A stretch of DNA of 62,628 nucleotides, counting the filler, from Sminthopsis crassicaudata (Eukaryota), in NCBI RefSeq assembly GCF_048593235.1. It is 4 parts of 4 records of this genome, joined end to end, with 100 filler letters (N's around TTAATTAATTAA, not from the genome) between each part and the next. Parts side by side here need not be neighbours in the genome. Positions count along the whole stretch, not along the records: positions 23,906 to 51,836 come from NC_133621.1; 3 more parts are not named here. One strand, 5' to 3'. Every line of letters starts with the position of its first letter. Position 1 is the stretch's first letter. Positions 23,806-37,994 of this stretch are shown piece after piece. The notes beneath the pieces were generated by a model. The model made no database searches, was not told where the DNA came from, and was given only the letters and a program-made list of their open reading frames with translations. Both the position numbers and the translations under genes were made by a program.

Positions 23806-23905
23806 NNNNNNNNNNNNNNNNNNNNNNNNNNNNNNNNNNNNNNNNNNNNTTAATTAATTAANNNNNNNNNNNNNNNNNNNNNNNNNNNNNNNNNNNNNNN
23901 NNNNN
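23806..23905. other. Artificial contig linker N44-TTAATTAATTAA-N44
   Basis: 12-mer at 23850-23861 has TAA in all six frames. The identical 100-bp structure occurs three times and base composition changes abruptly across it. Confidence 0.97.
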
Positions 23906-24789
23906 TGGGGTAAGAATTTAGAAGGTGCTAAAAACATTCTCTCCCCTAGACCTTCCCTTGTACATCCCACCCCAGCCACAGTGATAACCAGGCAGTGCAT
24001 CCCTGGTTCTTTCTTCCAACTCAGCTGGAAATACACAAAGAGTATTGAGTTCAGGCTCCCCTCTATCCATCCTGCCCTCCACAAGGATTCACTTCCTCTC
24101 CCTGCCCCATTTTTGAAAAATGTAAAGAGAACAAAAAGCTTGGACTCCAACTTTCTCCTTAACCTAAACTTGCTTCCCTCCTCTACTTTCTACTGTTCCT
24201 TTGATGAAACTACCCCAGTGAGGGTGTACTTTCTCTCTGAAAAATTTAAGACAGTAAACAGTGCTAATAATGAGCTCCATCCCCAACCCCTCCCTCTGCA
24301 GCCTCCTTCTCAATTCAGCCTCCTGCAGGGGTGGGTAGCCAGGTACATCTGGGAAATCACCCCTTCCCTCACCTCTCATGGATCCCATCTATGTCACTCT
24401 CCCAATAGCAGCCAGATCTTCATGGTGTCTCCTAATGTGCTTCCTTACCCCAATATGAGATACCCATCTTCCTCCTCTGCACTTGTCTAGGTATAAAAAT
24501 TGTTAGCCATGACTGACTAATGAATCCATATACTTCTGGTTGAACTAAATGATGAACATTTTAAAAATGAAGTTTACAATGGAAATATGTTTAAAAAGAA
24601 TTGAACCTATTTAATAGATTGCTTGCTGTTTTGGGGAGGGCGTAGGTAAGGGAAAGAAGAAGAAAATTTTGAAACACAAAGTCTTACAAAAATGAATGTT
24701 GAAAACTATCTTTACATGTATTTGGAAAAAATAAAATACTACTGAAATTTTAAAAATAAATAAAGTATACAAAAGGTGAAGGTAATTAA

Positions 24790-24940
24790 TCACAATATAT
24801 ACACACATGAAGATATAAATATATATATTTCTTCCTACATGTATAAATGTATATATCTATGTGTGTATAAATATATAGTTTCTCATGTATACATATACAT
24901 GTATGTATACATATGTGTGTATGTATATGTGTGTGTATAT
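24790..24940. repeat. (TA/TATG)n low-complexity tract
   Basis: Read directly. Confidence 0.9.
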
Positions 24941-25139
24941 TTCTCCTTGCACTATTCTCTTTTCACTCTAATTCAACCCTAGGATTTTTCTGAAACAGAT
25001 GTATTTATCGAGATAGTTTCATTGATTTGCTTACCATAACTATTCCTGCAAGTCTCTTTCCTGGGAGACAAGCATTAATTCAGAACCCATCAGTATATAC
25101 TGTTTAAATTATGTACGGCTTAAATGATTTCTTTCAATG

Positions 25140-25345
25140 TCTATTACCTTTTGCCCTTCTATGTTAAATTTGATCAGCCGCCGTGTTTGCTCAGTCACCC
25201 AGCTTTATTAGATCCATCCAAAGTCCCTCCCAATCCACCTTAGCGCAGAGGAAGCTAAATAGTTTTGTGTCATCAGCACATTTTTCCACACTGCTATTCA
25301 CTTTATCCTCCAGGTTATTAACAAGTATATTGAGCTAAATCACTG
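25140..25345 (-). mobile_element. Ancient CR1-type reverse transcriptase fragment
   Basis: Minus strand reads NILVNNLEDKVNSSVEKCADDTKLFSFLCAKVDWEGLWMDLIKLGD, matching the CR1 RT motif FNIFINDL...KFADDTKL...LQ.DL..L..W. Confidence 0.8.
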
Positions 25346-26396
25346 AAACTACAAAGTTGATCTCCGGGCATTAGCAGCATATGAAGCTGCCGCCATGCCA
25401 AAATCAGCACCACCTTTATTCAGATCCTTGCTTCTTCCTGGAGGCATCTAGGTCAGACTCTCTTCTCTTCTCTGTATAATTCCCTACAAAATTGGGAGCA
25501 GGGAAGGTGGGGGAAGGAAAGCTAAGGAATTAATTAAATTCAACAAACATCATATTTGTAATATAAATAGTATAGCTAGTGACAAGGCCAGTCACGCATA
25601 AGCCGAGATGATATTAGCCGTCATGTTGAGGTCTGAGGTTTGCTCAGAAGCTCTCACTTTCACTAATCCTATAGCTTCCACCAACCTATTAGCCTGGAAT
25701 TCCACAATTAGACATTCATTCTTTAATATTGACAAATATTTTTTTAAATTAATTTTAAAATTTTTTAATTCTGAACTTAAAAATACTACATACAATTAGC
25801 TTTTCCATGTATAATGAAGAACAGAAACCAAATTGTATCTGAAACCACTAATCTCTATTCGAGTTTGCTTTTTCTTTTAAGTATATAATATATGAAACAT
25901 AACTTTCAAAACTTTCTTGCTTGTCTATGTTTCTTTTTGTTTCCCTTATGTACATTTTTCCCCAAAAAAGGCATTGCTAAACCCTTTTATTTTCCTTTTA
26001 TGAGGGAGAGGGGCAACCTTATTTCTTGTTTATCTTGTTTTCAAATCCCTTTCTACAAATAAAAGATAAATGGCTTTTTAAAAAATCTTTATAATAAATA
26101 TACAAAATCAAGCAAAACTAATTCCCATGTTGATTATGTTGTAAAATATATGCTCCATTAAGTTGTACCACAAGTCCATCACCTCTCTGTCTATAGACGA
26201 GTAGCATGTTTTCTGATAAATCTTCTGGAATAATGTTATTATTGTTGTTAAATCTTTCAAAGATGTTTTTCTTTACAGTATTGTTATTGTATAAATTGTT
26301 CTGCTGGTTCTGCCCATTTTACTCTACATCAATTTTGTTGTTTTTAAGCTTTCTTTATGCCTTTTGTTTTTAAATCATAATAATTTCCAGACACAG

Positions 26397-26404
<8 letters not shown>

Positions 26405-26433
<29 letters not shown>
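26405..26433. repeat. (CA)n microsatellite
   Basis: Read directly. Confidence 0.97.
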
Positions 26434-26436
<3 letters not shown>

Positions 26437-26913
26437 GTTAAATGCTCCCTTGTAAAGAAAACCAACTGACACAATGACTCCATTTGGCAGATCCAAGTTT
26501 CATTATCTGTTCTCTGGGACCGAGATTGGGCATTACAGCTACTCAGAATTTGGCTTCCCTCCCCCTCATCCTTTACAATGAAAATATTGTAGTCATTGTG
26601 AATATGGTCCCCCTAGCTTGGCTTACTCCAATCTACATCAGTTCATAAGTCCTCCTATAGTTCTCAAAAATCTTCATTTCCTATTGCATTATAATATTCC
26701 ATCACATTCTTATGCTACAGTTTGTTCAGTCACTCCCCAGTTGCTGAGAATTCACTTTCCCCCAGTCTTTTGGACAAACATCTTTTAAAAAAAAGTTGGT
26801 ATCTCTGGAAGGATTAGTATATTTAACTTGTAGCCACTATAACTTGTTGTGAATTAGTTTAAACTTATTTTTCTCCTAACATATGGTTGAGAGCAATATG
26901 ATATGGTGTAAAT

Positions 26914-27127
26914 CAAAATTTCTTAAACAGTGGGTTGCAACCCCATGTAAAGTTACATAACTATATATGGGGGGTCATAAAAAATTGGCAACAGTAAAAG
27001 GTATTCAACATTCTTCCAAGATTTAATTCTTTATGTAAAAATAAACAAACTATCCATTTCATTAGTTTGCAAATTTGCTTTCTTCTTTAAGAAATAGTAT
27101 ATATCTGTATATATCTAATATGTATAT

Positions 27128-27158
<31 letters not shown>

Positions 27159-27313
27159 AACATACCAAAGAATTGTTTTAAAATAATTTTTATGATTTAT
27201 TATCAGTAAATATTTGATTTGTATATTTATTTCATATGCCTATGTACACAGAGTTCTGTAAAAATTTCTCAGGCAAAAAGGGGTCATGAGTGGAAAAAGT
27301 TTAAGAAGCTGTA
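26914..27313. mobile_element. Non-autonomous hAT/Charlie-type DNA transposon, 400 bp
   Basis: Perfect 8-bp target-site duplication GTGTAAAT at 26906-26913 and 27314-27321. Degenerate terminal inverted repeats share TTCTTAAAC/GTTTAAGAA. Internal (TA)n expansion. Confidence 0.85.
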
Positions 27314-29099
27314 GTGTAAATAATATGGCACCTTGAGCCAAAAGACCTAGATTAGAATTTCAGTTCTGCTAATTACTATCATCTGGTAATTTCTGAAGAA
27401 GTTTCCTGAATTGTAAAATGAGAAGATTGTTCCAAAACTATGAACCTATGACAACTAGGGTTTGGCAACTTTTCAGAAGGAAACTACCTGTGATCACCAC
27501 TATTCAAGCATTTAAGGGAAGGAAAGAGGATGCCCAGGACAGGAGAAAAATAAGCAAGCAATGCCAGAGAAACTTTCTTGCTTAATAATTTTGCTCCTAA
27601 ACATTCCATTAGATTAATTGTTCCTCTTTTGAAATGCAAGTATGCAAAAGATTAAGCTTATCATCAGTCAGACTTGATTGTAAAGCGCCTAAATCAGAGA
27701 ATAAGATCGACTTCTAAACTGGGACTGAAGGGCTAAGAATTTATAAAATAATTCAACTCAATTAATCACCATTTGATAAATAAAGCTTCTATTATGTTCA
27801 AGGAATTGTGCTAGGAAGTGAGAATGCAAAGTAATTCTAATTCTCAAGGATCTTCCTTCTATGGGCAATAATCAAAAAGATAATAATTGTAAGTATAGTC
27901 AAGATGGAGAGAGATCAGGAAGAAAAGGATCATGGCATGGCAGGCTTCTTGGAGGAGGTGACTTCTGAGTTCAGCTGCAAATGAAAATTTTAACCAGAAG
28001 AGATGTAGAGAAATTAAATTTCAGAAATGGGAATGGGTTATTCAAATGCATGGAGGTGGAAAAAGTCCACGTCCAGTTCAATGAACAGCTAGTGATCTAC
28101 TTCTCTTGGAAAAAAGAAAAAGTATGTGAAAAGAGAATACATAAATGAAGTAAATGGGAGTCAGATTACAGAGGGTCCTAAAGCTAGGCTAAAGAGTTTG
28201 TAAATTTGCAAATTGTCCTACAGACTATTAATAAGAAGTCATTGGAGATTGACAATCAAGGGATGAAATAATCACACCTTTGTACTAGAAACATTAGGTG
28301 CAAGCTATATAGAGGCAAGCATAGTTGCACAAACAGCATAAAAGAGGGAAAAGGTTAGGAGTCAGAATTGTCTAGGAGGCTAATATAATAGTCCACTGAG
28401 AAATAATGAGGACATGAAGGGAGGGGAGAATTTAGAGAAGCATAGATAGGGGAAAGCAGGGAGAGGTTATTTTAGGGCAAGCATCACTTCAGGAGAGGAC
28501 GAGCTTGCATTGAGTTCCATTTGTCTCAGTTTCCTCATCTGTAAAATGGAGATAATGATAGCATCTACCTCCCAAGGTTGTGAAGCTCAAATGAGATAAT
28601 AACTGTAAATTACATGGGGAACATAGTAAGAGCTATGTAAATGTTAGCTGTTATTATTACTTTTCAGTTCTTTCTTGATCAAAGTGCTGAAATCCTTCAG
28701 CTTTTTTCCTTTACACAGTTGAGGCCATCTTGTAAATTATTATCTCAGTTCACTTGTTAGATTAAGAGCTCCCTGTGAATAGGGATTGTTTCATTCTTTA
28801 TCTTTGTAGCTCCAATGTTTGGCACATACAAATCAAGAAAGTCTTGTTCATTATTTCAATGATGCTGCTTATTTCAATCTGCATCAGTTCATGCGAGTCT
28901 TCTCTGGTTTCTCTGAATACTTCACATTTATTATTTCTTATGCCATTTATTTGTAAAACTTTTTTAAAAATTATTTTTCCATTTAACAAGTTTTTATTTT
29001 CTCTCCCTCTCATTGCCCCTTTCCATGAACAACATGAAAAGGGAAAGAAAAAATCTTGTGGCAAATTGTCATAGTCAAGCAAAGTAAATTCCCTTATTG

Positions 29100-29320
29100 T
29101 TATCTAGTCATTTTCAGATGTGTTCCACTCTGTAGTGCCTTTTGGGGTTTTCTTGGCATAGATACCGGAGTGGTTTGCCATTTCCTTCTCCAACTCATTT
29201 TACAGATGAGGAAACTGAGGCAAATGGGGTTAAGTGACTTGGTATCACATAACAAGGAAGTGTTCAAAAACAAATTTGAACTCAGGAAAATGAATCATCC
29301 TCAGCCCACCTAGCTGCCCT
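29100..29320 (-). mobile_element. Mar1-like marsupial CORE-SINE
   Basis: ggggttttcttggc...gagtggtttgccatttccttctccaactcattttacagatgaggaaactgagg. Similar copies at ~32470-32720 (+), ~43735-43845 (-) and ~48110-48320 (-). Confidence 0.8.
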
Positions 29321-32129
29321 AAATTCTCTCAAAGTTCATGTTCAAAAGTTATGTTCCTATTTGCACCCTGATCGAATCCATTCTGTCTGTCAGCAGGTAG
29401 GTAGCATACTTTACCTTCAGTCAGTGGGGATCACTGCAGTAATCAGAGTTCTTATGTATTTTAAATTGTTTTTCTTTATAATGTTGCCATTGTATTGTTT
29501 TCCTGGTTCTGCTCAGTTTAATTTGCATTATTTCATAGATGTCTTCCCAGTTTCCTCTAAAACTTTCCATTCATCCTTTCTTAAAAAACAATATTTCATT
29601 AGATACACATAACTCAACTTGCCATTCTCCAATAAGTGAGAACCTTCTTAGTTTCCAGGGTTTTTTTTGCTATCATAAAAAGACTTGTTGAGGTCATGGT
29701 GTACATGTTAAATGCTTTTAAATAATTTGATAATTTTTAAATTATAAATATTTCTTTCCATATGAATCTTTTCCCTCTTACTTTGATCTCTTTGGAGCAT
29801 ATGCCTGATAGTGGTATAAGTAAATTTTAAGGCATAATTCCAAATTGCCTTCCAGAATTTATAGATTCATTAACCTTGTGTATCTGAGCAAAAATTGGAA
29901 AATGAGTAAATGCCCATCAATTGGGGAATGGCTGAGTAAGTTGTGGTATATGGAGATAATGGAATATTATTGTTCTTTTTTTCTTTTTTATTATAGCTTT
30001 TTATTGACAGAACATACACATGGATAATTTTTCAACATTGTCCCTTGCAATCACTTCTGTTCCAAATTTTCCCTTCCTGGAATATTATTGTTCTATAAAA
30101 TATGATGAACAAGCTGGTTATAAAAAGGCTTGGAAAGATTTATACGAATTGATGCTGAGTGAAACAAGCAGAAGCAGAAATACATTGTACACAATAGCAG
30201 CAAGAATACATGATGATCAGCTATGAAAGACGTGGTTAAGTTTAAAGATTAAATATATCTTTTCCTAAATTGGGATTAATTTCTGTTCTGAGCACATATA
30301 TGCTTAGAAAGTGCATTAGCAAAACCCTCCCTCAACTTGTTCACAAAACTAAAAGTGATAGACAGCAAAGGTGAATATTTTCTCCATAAAAATTCAAATT
30401 TGAACAAACCTTCTCCATATTTGTTGACATCAACCTCTTCTGGATCTGAGTCATGCTATGAGAAGTTAAAACAACTGCTAGGAAAAAAAAAGGGGGCTGG
30501 GAAGGAGCGGGTATAATTGAAAGAACTGATGGGACTAGGGTGACTAGCTCATCAAGTTACCTCTTAGTCGGCAGGGTGCAAGCAGGAAAAGGGGGACAGA
30601 TTCTGGATACTTTAAAGTTGAGGTCAAAATCTGGATCAAAAATTCTGATCAGCCCACACACCAGTTCATATTACTGGGCAATAAGAATATTTGATGTAGC
30701 TTGAGCCTTCCACTCTTAGGGCAATTGTTTTCAGTTGAAAAAATGCTTTGCTAGAAAATATTTTTAACTTCTTTCTAAATATAATTTATATTATTATCCC
30801 CCCCCACAAATTAAGATCTTATGTTTCCAGTATTGTGTTTTTACTTTCGTTTAGCTCCAGGCATTAGGATTAAACTTCTAATAGGCAGCAACTCTATAGA
30901 GACATTAACCTTACTGCAAGAACATATTTGCTAGAGGTATAACTCCCTATTAATCCAGTTATAGAAATAGTAACTTAAATAATAAATGAGATTTTACTAC
31001 TGGCTATAGTACACTGGGATTTAAGCAGGAGGAGAAAAGGTAATAGTATTCACTCACATAAATATATATGATTTATAACGAAGAGCCATATACCTTTTAG
31101 GGAGAAAATATCAAATATTTTCATCCATCAAATTTTCTTTTTCATCAATATTTAGAAATCACAATATGTTAGCAAGAACATTTGTAGCTTAAAGCCACAC
31201 AATGCTCTAGTTTATGACTAAGTCATGTAAAAATGATATTTCTTACTTAGGAAAGAGAAAGAGACCATGGGAATTTTTTTTAAAGAAAAAAATTCTTTTC
31301 TTTCTTAAATATGGGAGTGAATTGGAGGCTGGCGTATGATTTACTTATCTGTAATTTCATAATTCAGTTCATGCTGAGAAACTAGCATAAATAAATGTGA
31401 AATAAAGCATTTTAAAATGGCAGGTTTCGATTGGAAAGAGAAGGAATGACCCTCCATGTCATTGGTAAAAACCACATTAGTCTGAAACTTTGGATTCTTC
31501 AACCATTTTTATTGGCTCTCTCTTGCTAGCTTCCCTTCCCCAACCCTGCTTCACTCGGCCTCTTTGAAAGAGAGCCAAACTTTGCACAATAACACAAAAA
31601 TCATTTAAAACAAGACGAGTTGAATTTTTACACAAGCATCACTCACTGAAATGATGAAGCAAATTTGCCTAAGGGTAAAATATACTTGGCCCTTTCTCAT
31701 ATTTTAATGAAAAGTATATTCCAGTGAGCATGAAAGCAAAACAGCTTAGAGATTTAGTAATAGGTTATGTGGAATATTGGAAAGCTAAAGTTTTACTATT
31801 CCCACCAAAGCAAGGGAACATGTGAAAAACATCTCAAACATCTCCATGACGCCCACTAAAAATGGATCATTTATTTATTTTTCTGGATCAAAGGAGGGTA
31901 CCATTAAGAGTCTAATTTTTAATTGCATCATTAGGAACTAGAATATTATGATCCTACCTGGGTATTAAATCTTCTACTACATAGTCTGAGAACATATAAG
32001 GAAATAGTGAGAGTATATAATGAGCAGATAAATTGTGAGACAGATTCTGGATACTGGATTAATAACCCGTGTACAGTATTCTTAGGTATAAAATTGATTT
32101 GACTATGTTATTTCTTTATTCTATAAACT

Positions 32130-32470
32130 TCAGTGGCTCCCTATTACCTCTAGGATCAATTGTAAAACTTTCCATTTGGTTTTTAATGCTCTCCATAATT
32201 TGAACCCTTCTATCTTATCAGGTTTCTTACTCCCTTCTATAGTCTGCAATCCAATAACACTGTCTTCCTTGATTATCATCATAGATGAACCTCCCTCTCC
32301 CACCTCCAGGCAATTTCGCTGGCTGTCCCCCCTACTTAGAATTTCCTCTCTTCATCTTCATCTGGCTTCTCTGGCTAGTCCCAGCTAAAATCCTGGATTT
32401 TGAAAGAACCTTTCCTATTCTTACCTTAATTCTAGTGCCTTCCCTCTGCTGATTATCCTGTATACATCTT
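32130..32470 (+). mobile_element. L2 3' fragment
   Basis: cttcagtggctccctattacctctaggatca...ttggtttttaatgctctccataa is L2 3'-region sequence. Confidence 0.7.
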
Positions 32471-34479
32471 AATAGGGACAGCTCAGTGGGACAGTGGATA
32501 GGACACTGGAACTAGAGTCAAAAAGACTTTACTTCCTGAGTTCAAATCTAGCCTTAGATGCTTATTAGATGTGTGACCCTAGGCAAGTCATTTTACCCTG
32601 TTTATCTCAGTTTCCTCATCTGTAAAATGAGCTGGAGAAGGAAGGATACTCCAGTATCCTTGCCAAGAAAGCCCCAGATGAGATCAAGAAGAGTTGAACA
32701 TGGATGAAACTGGTTGAACAAAAACAACATACATCATGTTTGTACATTGTTGTTTGCATGTGTTCTCCCCCATTAGATTGTGAACTCCTTGACTTTTTGT
32801 TTGTTTGTTTTTTATTCCCAACCCTTAGCTTAGTGCCTGGCACAAAGTAGTTGTTTAATAATTGCTTGTTGACTTGACTTTTCATGCTGGAAAATATAAA
32901 CTTTCCCACTTTCACAAATCAGAGTAAGAATTGCAGCAGTACTAAATATCATACTGAACTAAGAAATAACAATCTAATAAAGAGTAATTCAGACTTTGGT
33001 ACTTTCCTCCACCCTGTGAAACAGCTCTGGAATTTCCTGCTTCTCTTTTATGTGAAATGCTCGTCTTTCTTTCTTTCTTTTTTTCATCATTTCTCTTCTG
33101 GACCTGACTGGTTTTTATCATTTTGAATGTGCTTTTTCCTTTAAATTTTCAAATTAAAAAATTCTCAGCCTCACATTGTCCCATAAAGATGACGCCATGA
33201 TTAAAACCAGACCCAGAATGTAGATCTACTCTCACTTACTTGAAACAAAAACAGGAACAATCTCAGTAAAAACATTCCATTTCCCACTAGAGACCCTTGC
33301 AATGGTAATCCAGGTATTACCCTATCTGTAAATATGCATCCAACAACCAGAGCATATATGGAAATACTTTCAGAGCTCAATGTAAGATTTTCATATTAAG
33401 AATGGAATGTGATACTATTTGATTCCTTAAAACCTGGATTTTGAAGAAAGGTATCTTTACAAAATATCCATATGAGAAGATTATGGCAGTAACATGGAAC
33501 TTTTTTTTCTTAAACAGGAATGCAATATTAAAAAAAAACTCAGAAACTCCCAATATTTTAACAAAACACTCATCATAGACTTAGAGCTGGAAGGGACCTT
33601 CGAGGCCATCTGGTTCCTAGTTTTATAGTTGAGGAAAATTAGGCACATAGAAGTGCCTTGCCCATCTGCAGTGTAATAAGGGCCATCCCACAGAGCATTC
33701 TCAGAGATGGCCTTCTGGGCTTGCGCCAACCACTTGTGTTGACTCAGTACTTGGGCCCATGGGAGATGATATGACCATTCATCTGACTCAGAACTGAAAG
33801 ACGTATGCATTTTGAAATGACATGTTGATCCCCTCATTGGCTACTTTGCCAGAATTGCTGATTCAGTAGACTTTTAAAAAGAAGAGATAGCTTCCAGTTT
33901 GGTTTCTTGCTATGTCATGTAACAAATAGTGCTATCACAAACTATATATGGGGGGGCAGGTTAGCAGTGTTTCTCTTCCTAACTAAATGACTAAAATTCA
34001 TTCTCAAGATGTATATGTGAAGCTTGGAGGAAAATATATTAGTTCAAGAAGTATTTAGGCCCTGTGTCCAATGTGTAAAACTGACTGGTGACAAGAGAAG
34101 CTTCTGCATTAGAGAAGACAACTATTGATAAAAGGAGGAGCTCAAGTTCCTGTCTTGACTTGGAGGGAGACCATAGTGAACTAAGGTGGAATGTAAAATG
34201 CTTAATCCGTAATCTTGCAAATAGCTTTATAATTAGATGAAATTTAAATATCAGTCTCCTAGTAGTTTATAATACTAGAAATAAGTTCCAATTTTAAGTT
34301 GTTTTGTCACTGCATGCCATAAATCTTTTAGCATTACTTTTTTATACATGCTTTGTTGTACAAAAAGAATCGGACTTTGGAATAGTGTACAATTAGCCTG
34401 TGAAGGAAATCCAAAATGTAGGTGGACAAAAAAAGGGATTGGGAAGTCTATGTAGTGGCTCATAGTCGTCTCCCAGAGT

Positions 34480-34820
34480 TCTTTCTCTGGGTGTAGCTGG
34501 ATCAGTTCATTACTGCTCCATTGGAACTGATTTGGTTCATCTCATTGTTGAAGAGGGCCTCATCCATCAAAATTTATCATTGTATAGTTGTTGAAATATA
34601 TAATGATCTCCTGGTCCTGCTCATTTCACTCAGCATCAGTTCATGTAAGTCTCTCCAAGCCTCTCTGTATTCATCCTGCTGGTCATTTCTTACAGAGCAA
34701 TAATATTCCATAACATTCATATACCACAATTTATTCAGCCATTCTCCAACTGATGGGCATCCACTCAGTCCCCAGTTTCTGGCCACTACAAAGAGGGTTG
34801 CCACAAACATTCTTAGCATT
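34480..34820 (-). mobile_element. L1 fragment (ORF2 C-terminus and 3' UTR)
   Basis: Minus peptide MFVATLFVVARNWGLSGCPSVGEWLNKLWYMNVMEYYCSVRND is the L1 ORF2 C-terminal region. Confidence 0.9.
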
Positions 34821-35094
34821 ACTTTTATATGGAGGGAATAAATACCTGTCCCATATTTAATTCTTATTGTATACCACATACCTTTCTACTTCCCCCTCTT
34901 GACAGCAATTAGATATGATACAAAACCCAGCTCAAACTGATTTTTGAGTCTCCAGAGGGAGTGTTCAACGACTGAGAAAAATAGGAGCATAAAGCCTGTC
35001 TCTTAGAGACCCAACGCCCCGAGGTTTAAACCCAATCATGGATTCAGGAGGGTCATGGGTAAGTCCAGAATCAAGAGGGATCCTTAATAGAAAA

Positions 35095-35404
35095 TGAATG
35101 TAATAAAGAAGATCCAACTCACTTCCAGTTGATCAATGATGGACAGAAATAACTACACCCAGAGAAGGAACACTGGGAATTGAATGTAAATTGTTAGCAC
35201 TACTGTCTATCTCCCCAGGTTACTTATACCTTTGGAATCTAATGCTTAATGTGCAACAAGAAAATGGTATTTACACACATATATTGTATCTAGGTTATAC
35301 TGTAACACATGTAAAATGTATGGGATTGCCTGTCATCGGGGGGAGGGAATGGAGGGAGGGGGGGTAATTTGGAAAAATGAATAAAAATTAAAAAAAAAAA
35401 GAAA
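35095..35404 (+). mobile_element. 5'-truncated L1 3' UTR with poly(A) tail
   Basis: aaagaagatccaactcacttccag...gggagggaatggagggagggggg...aatgaataaaaattaaaaaaaaaa. Nearly the same sequence occurs at 48985-49255. Confidence 0.9.
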
Positions 35405-36299
35405 ATGAATATAAAAGAGTCAGAGAGACAGAGGAGGGGAAAGAAGGAGGGAGGGACAAAGAGAGAGATGGAAATGTGGAGATGGCGGGATGCATGCCCT
35501 GTGAGAACAGTTTTATATCAGGAAAGTCAATCAGTCATTGACCATTTATTCAGCACCCACAATGTGCCAGTTACTGTATTAAGCTCTGAAGTTACAGAAA
35601 AAGGTAAAAGACAGCCCCTGTCCTCAAAAAGCTTATGAGGGAGACAACACGCCAACAAGTGGGAGATGAGCCAGTAGTCTATTGTTTCATTTTCCATTGA
35701 GTAAAACTTAGCTCATGGGGAAGGAGAAGAAGGAAGAGATAGCTGAGTTTGGGAAATAACCAACCTGACATGGAAGCAAAAATGGTGCTACCTCCAAAAT
35801 GGTCATTCCTCATCTCCTGGGATGACAAATAACCCATTTTTGCCACCTTAGTCCCATGATTCACAGTCAGTGACTAAAACAGCAACAAAAACCCACTCCT
35901 CTTCCTGTCCTTGTCCATGCTGTCGGTCAGCAAACATTTATTGACTATTTACTATGTGCCAGGCATGATGCTAATTGCTGGGGATACAAATTCAAGCAAA
36001 AAGAAAGACTCTGCTTTTAAAGGACTTGCATTTTAAAAAGGGAACATCTCATAAAAGGAAGCTGCAAAGGGAGAAGGAGGAAGAGGAAGGACTGAGGTGG
36101 AAGCATGGCAATGAAGGTCAGGGAATGAAGAATGGCCATCCTGGGCCCTTCCTCAAAATGGAGGTTTTGGGAAGATCTTATCAAGAGCCCCTCCTCCCAT
36201 CAGTCCTACCCCTCAAGAATCTGTAAGCTCCCTCCCTCCAATGGTCCATATCTGACCATAATCCCTTGTCCTTCCCGATCTCCTAGGATATCTACATCT

Positions 36300-37130
36300 G
36301 TTTTTCATCTTTGTTACTTCCATTCCCTCTAACTCCCTCTGTCCTCCTGGTCACTCCTGTTCTAGTTTCTCCTTCTTCAGAGTCTTGACCCTCACAGTCA
36401 CTGTGGAATCTCTTGCCCCCTCGTCCCACTACCAGTCCCACCTTGCCAATCCCTACCCATGTCCAGGCTCCCACCTGTCATCTTTGTTAATACTCACCTG
36501 CTTCTAAGCATCCTAGGAAAAGCATGCGACTAAGCTTGCAGTGTTCACCACAAAGTTATCTTACCTAATTGCCACTGGGCCTGCATTATTGCATGGCAAT
36601 CCCCTGTAGTCCCCTGCCCAGATTTGCTCTGTGATGTTCTCCATGGCAGCTGTTGCCAACCTTCTCTTCTTTCTGGGACTTTTGCTAACATCCCTTTTCA
36701 GCAGAGCACCTCCTTCTTACTGAAAAAATGGAAGCCATTCTTCTCAAGTTCCCTTTTTCCCTCACTCTGTAGCTCAAAATCCCTCTCCCTCAGTTCCCAA
36801 TTTTCTCCTCCTTGTCTGGGATGAAGCGGACATTCTCCCTGACAAAGCTAACGCTTCTCTATCCTACGCAAATTCATCTTGCATCGACTTTATGTGTGAT
36901 ACCCGTCATAATTCATAGGGATCATCCCCACCATCTCCCCTGCATGCCTTCTGTCTCAACCATTCATACGCTTTCCTTCCTTTAAGGGACTTGGATTCTG
37001 CCCACAATTCCCTGGCTCTGGCAGCTCTGGCTGGGGGTTCAGCATCTTTACAACATGCCGGTGTGCTTGTGCACCCTTCACTTGTTAGAACCACTTTATG
37101 TGCTGTCTTCCCCCATTAGGATGTAAGCTA
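36300..37130 (+). mobile_element. L2 remnant
   Basis: Pyrimidine-rich decayed L2 ORF2 sequence ending in an L2-type tail (cttcccccattaggatgtaagct). Confidence 0.55.
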
Positions 37131-37900
37131 CATCAAAAAGATATGAACAGGCAATTCTCAGAAGAGGAAATCACAGCTATCTTTTAATTATATGGAAAAA
37201 ATGCTCTAAATTACTACTGATTAGAGAAATGCAGATTAAAACAACTTTGAGGAAACTCCTTATACCTATCAGATTGATAATATGACAGAAAATGATAGAA
37301 AAAGACAAATGCTGGAGGGAATGTGCAGAAATACCCTCTGGCTCGACAGTACCACTGCTAGGTCTGTATATATCCCAAAGAAGTAAAAGAAAAAGGACCT
37401 ATATCTATGACAATATTTATAACTGCTCTTTTTGTGGTGGCAAAGAATTGGAAAATGAGAGAATGTATCACAACTGAAGAATGGCTGAATAAATCATGGT
37501 ATATGATTGTGGGGAATACTTGTTGTGCTATTAGACATGAGGGTAACGGGTTCAGAAAAACTTGTGAAGATCTGTATGAACTGATGCAGAGCGAAACTAG
37601 TAGAACCAGAAGATCATTATGCACAATGTTGTAATGATGTTCAACAATGAAAAAACTTGCTCTCTCTGATCAATACAATGATCCAAGAGAATCAAAAGGA
37701 TCTATGATGAACTCTGAGTGCAAATTGAAGTATACATTTTCACTTTATTTTTCTTGCCCTTTTTTCAGACAACATGGCTAATATGGAAATGTGTTTTGCA
37801 TAATTTTACATATATAATTAATATATTATTTAACTTATCAATGTTGGGGAAGGTCGATAATTTGGAACTCAACATTTTTAAAAATGTCAAAAATAAATAT
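37130..37900 (+). mobile_element. Older L1 3' fragment
   Basis: gatatgaacaggcaattctcagaagaggaaatc...ctactgattagagaaatgcagattaaaacaac and peptide IFITALFVVAKNWKMRECITTEEWLNKSWYM. Confidence 0.85.
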
Positions 37901-37994
37901 TTTAACAAGTTCCTTGAAGGCAAGAACTGCTTGTTTGTTTGTATTTATATTTCCACCATATAACAACTCCTACTACCACATATAAATATTTAAT

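Noticed and set aside
23850-23861. TTAATTAATTAA as a biological palindrome or homeodomain site (also 51881, 56645)
   Set aside because: It is centred in identical 100-bp N blocks, so it is an assembly linker.
34480-35404. Opposed L1 pieces as one 5'-inverted (twin-primed) insertion
   Set aside because: Their 3' UTR sequences differ in subfamily type, about 270 bp of unrelated sequence separates them, and I found no shared TSD.
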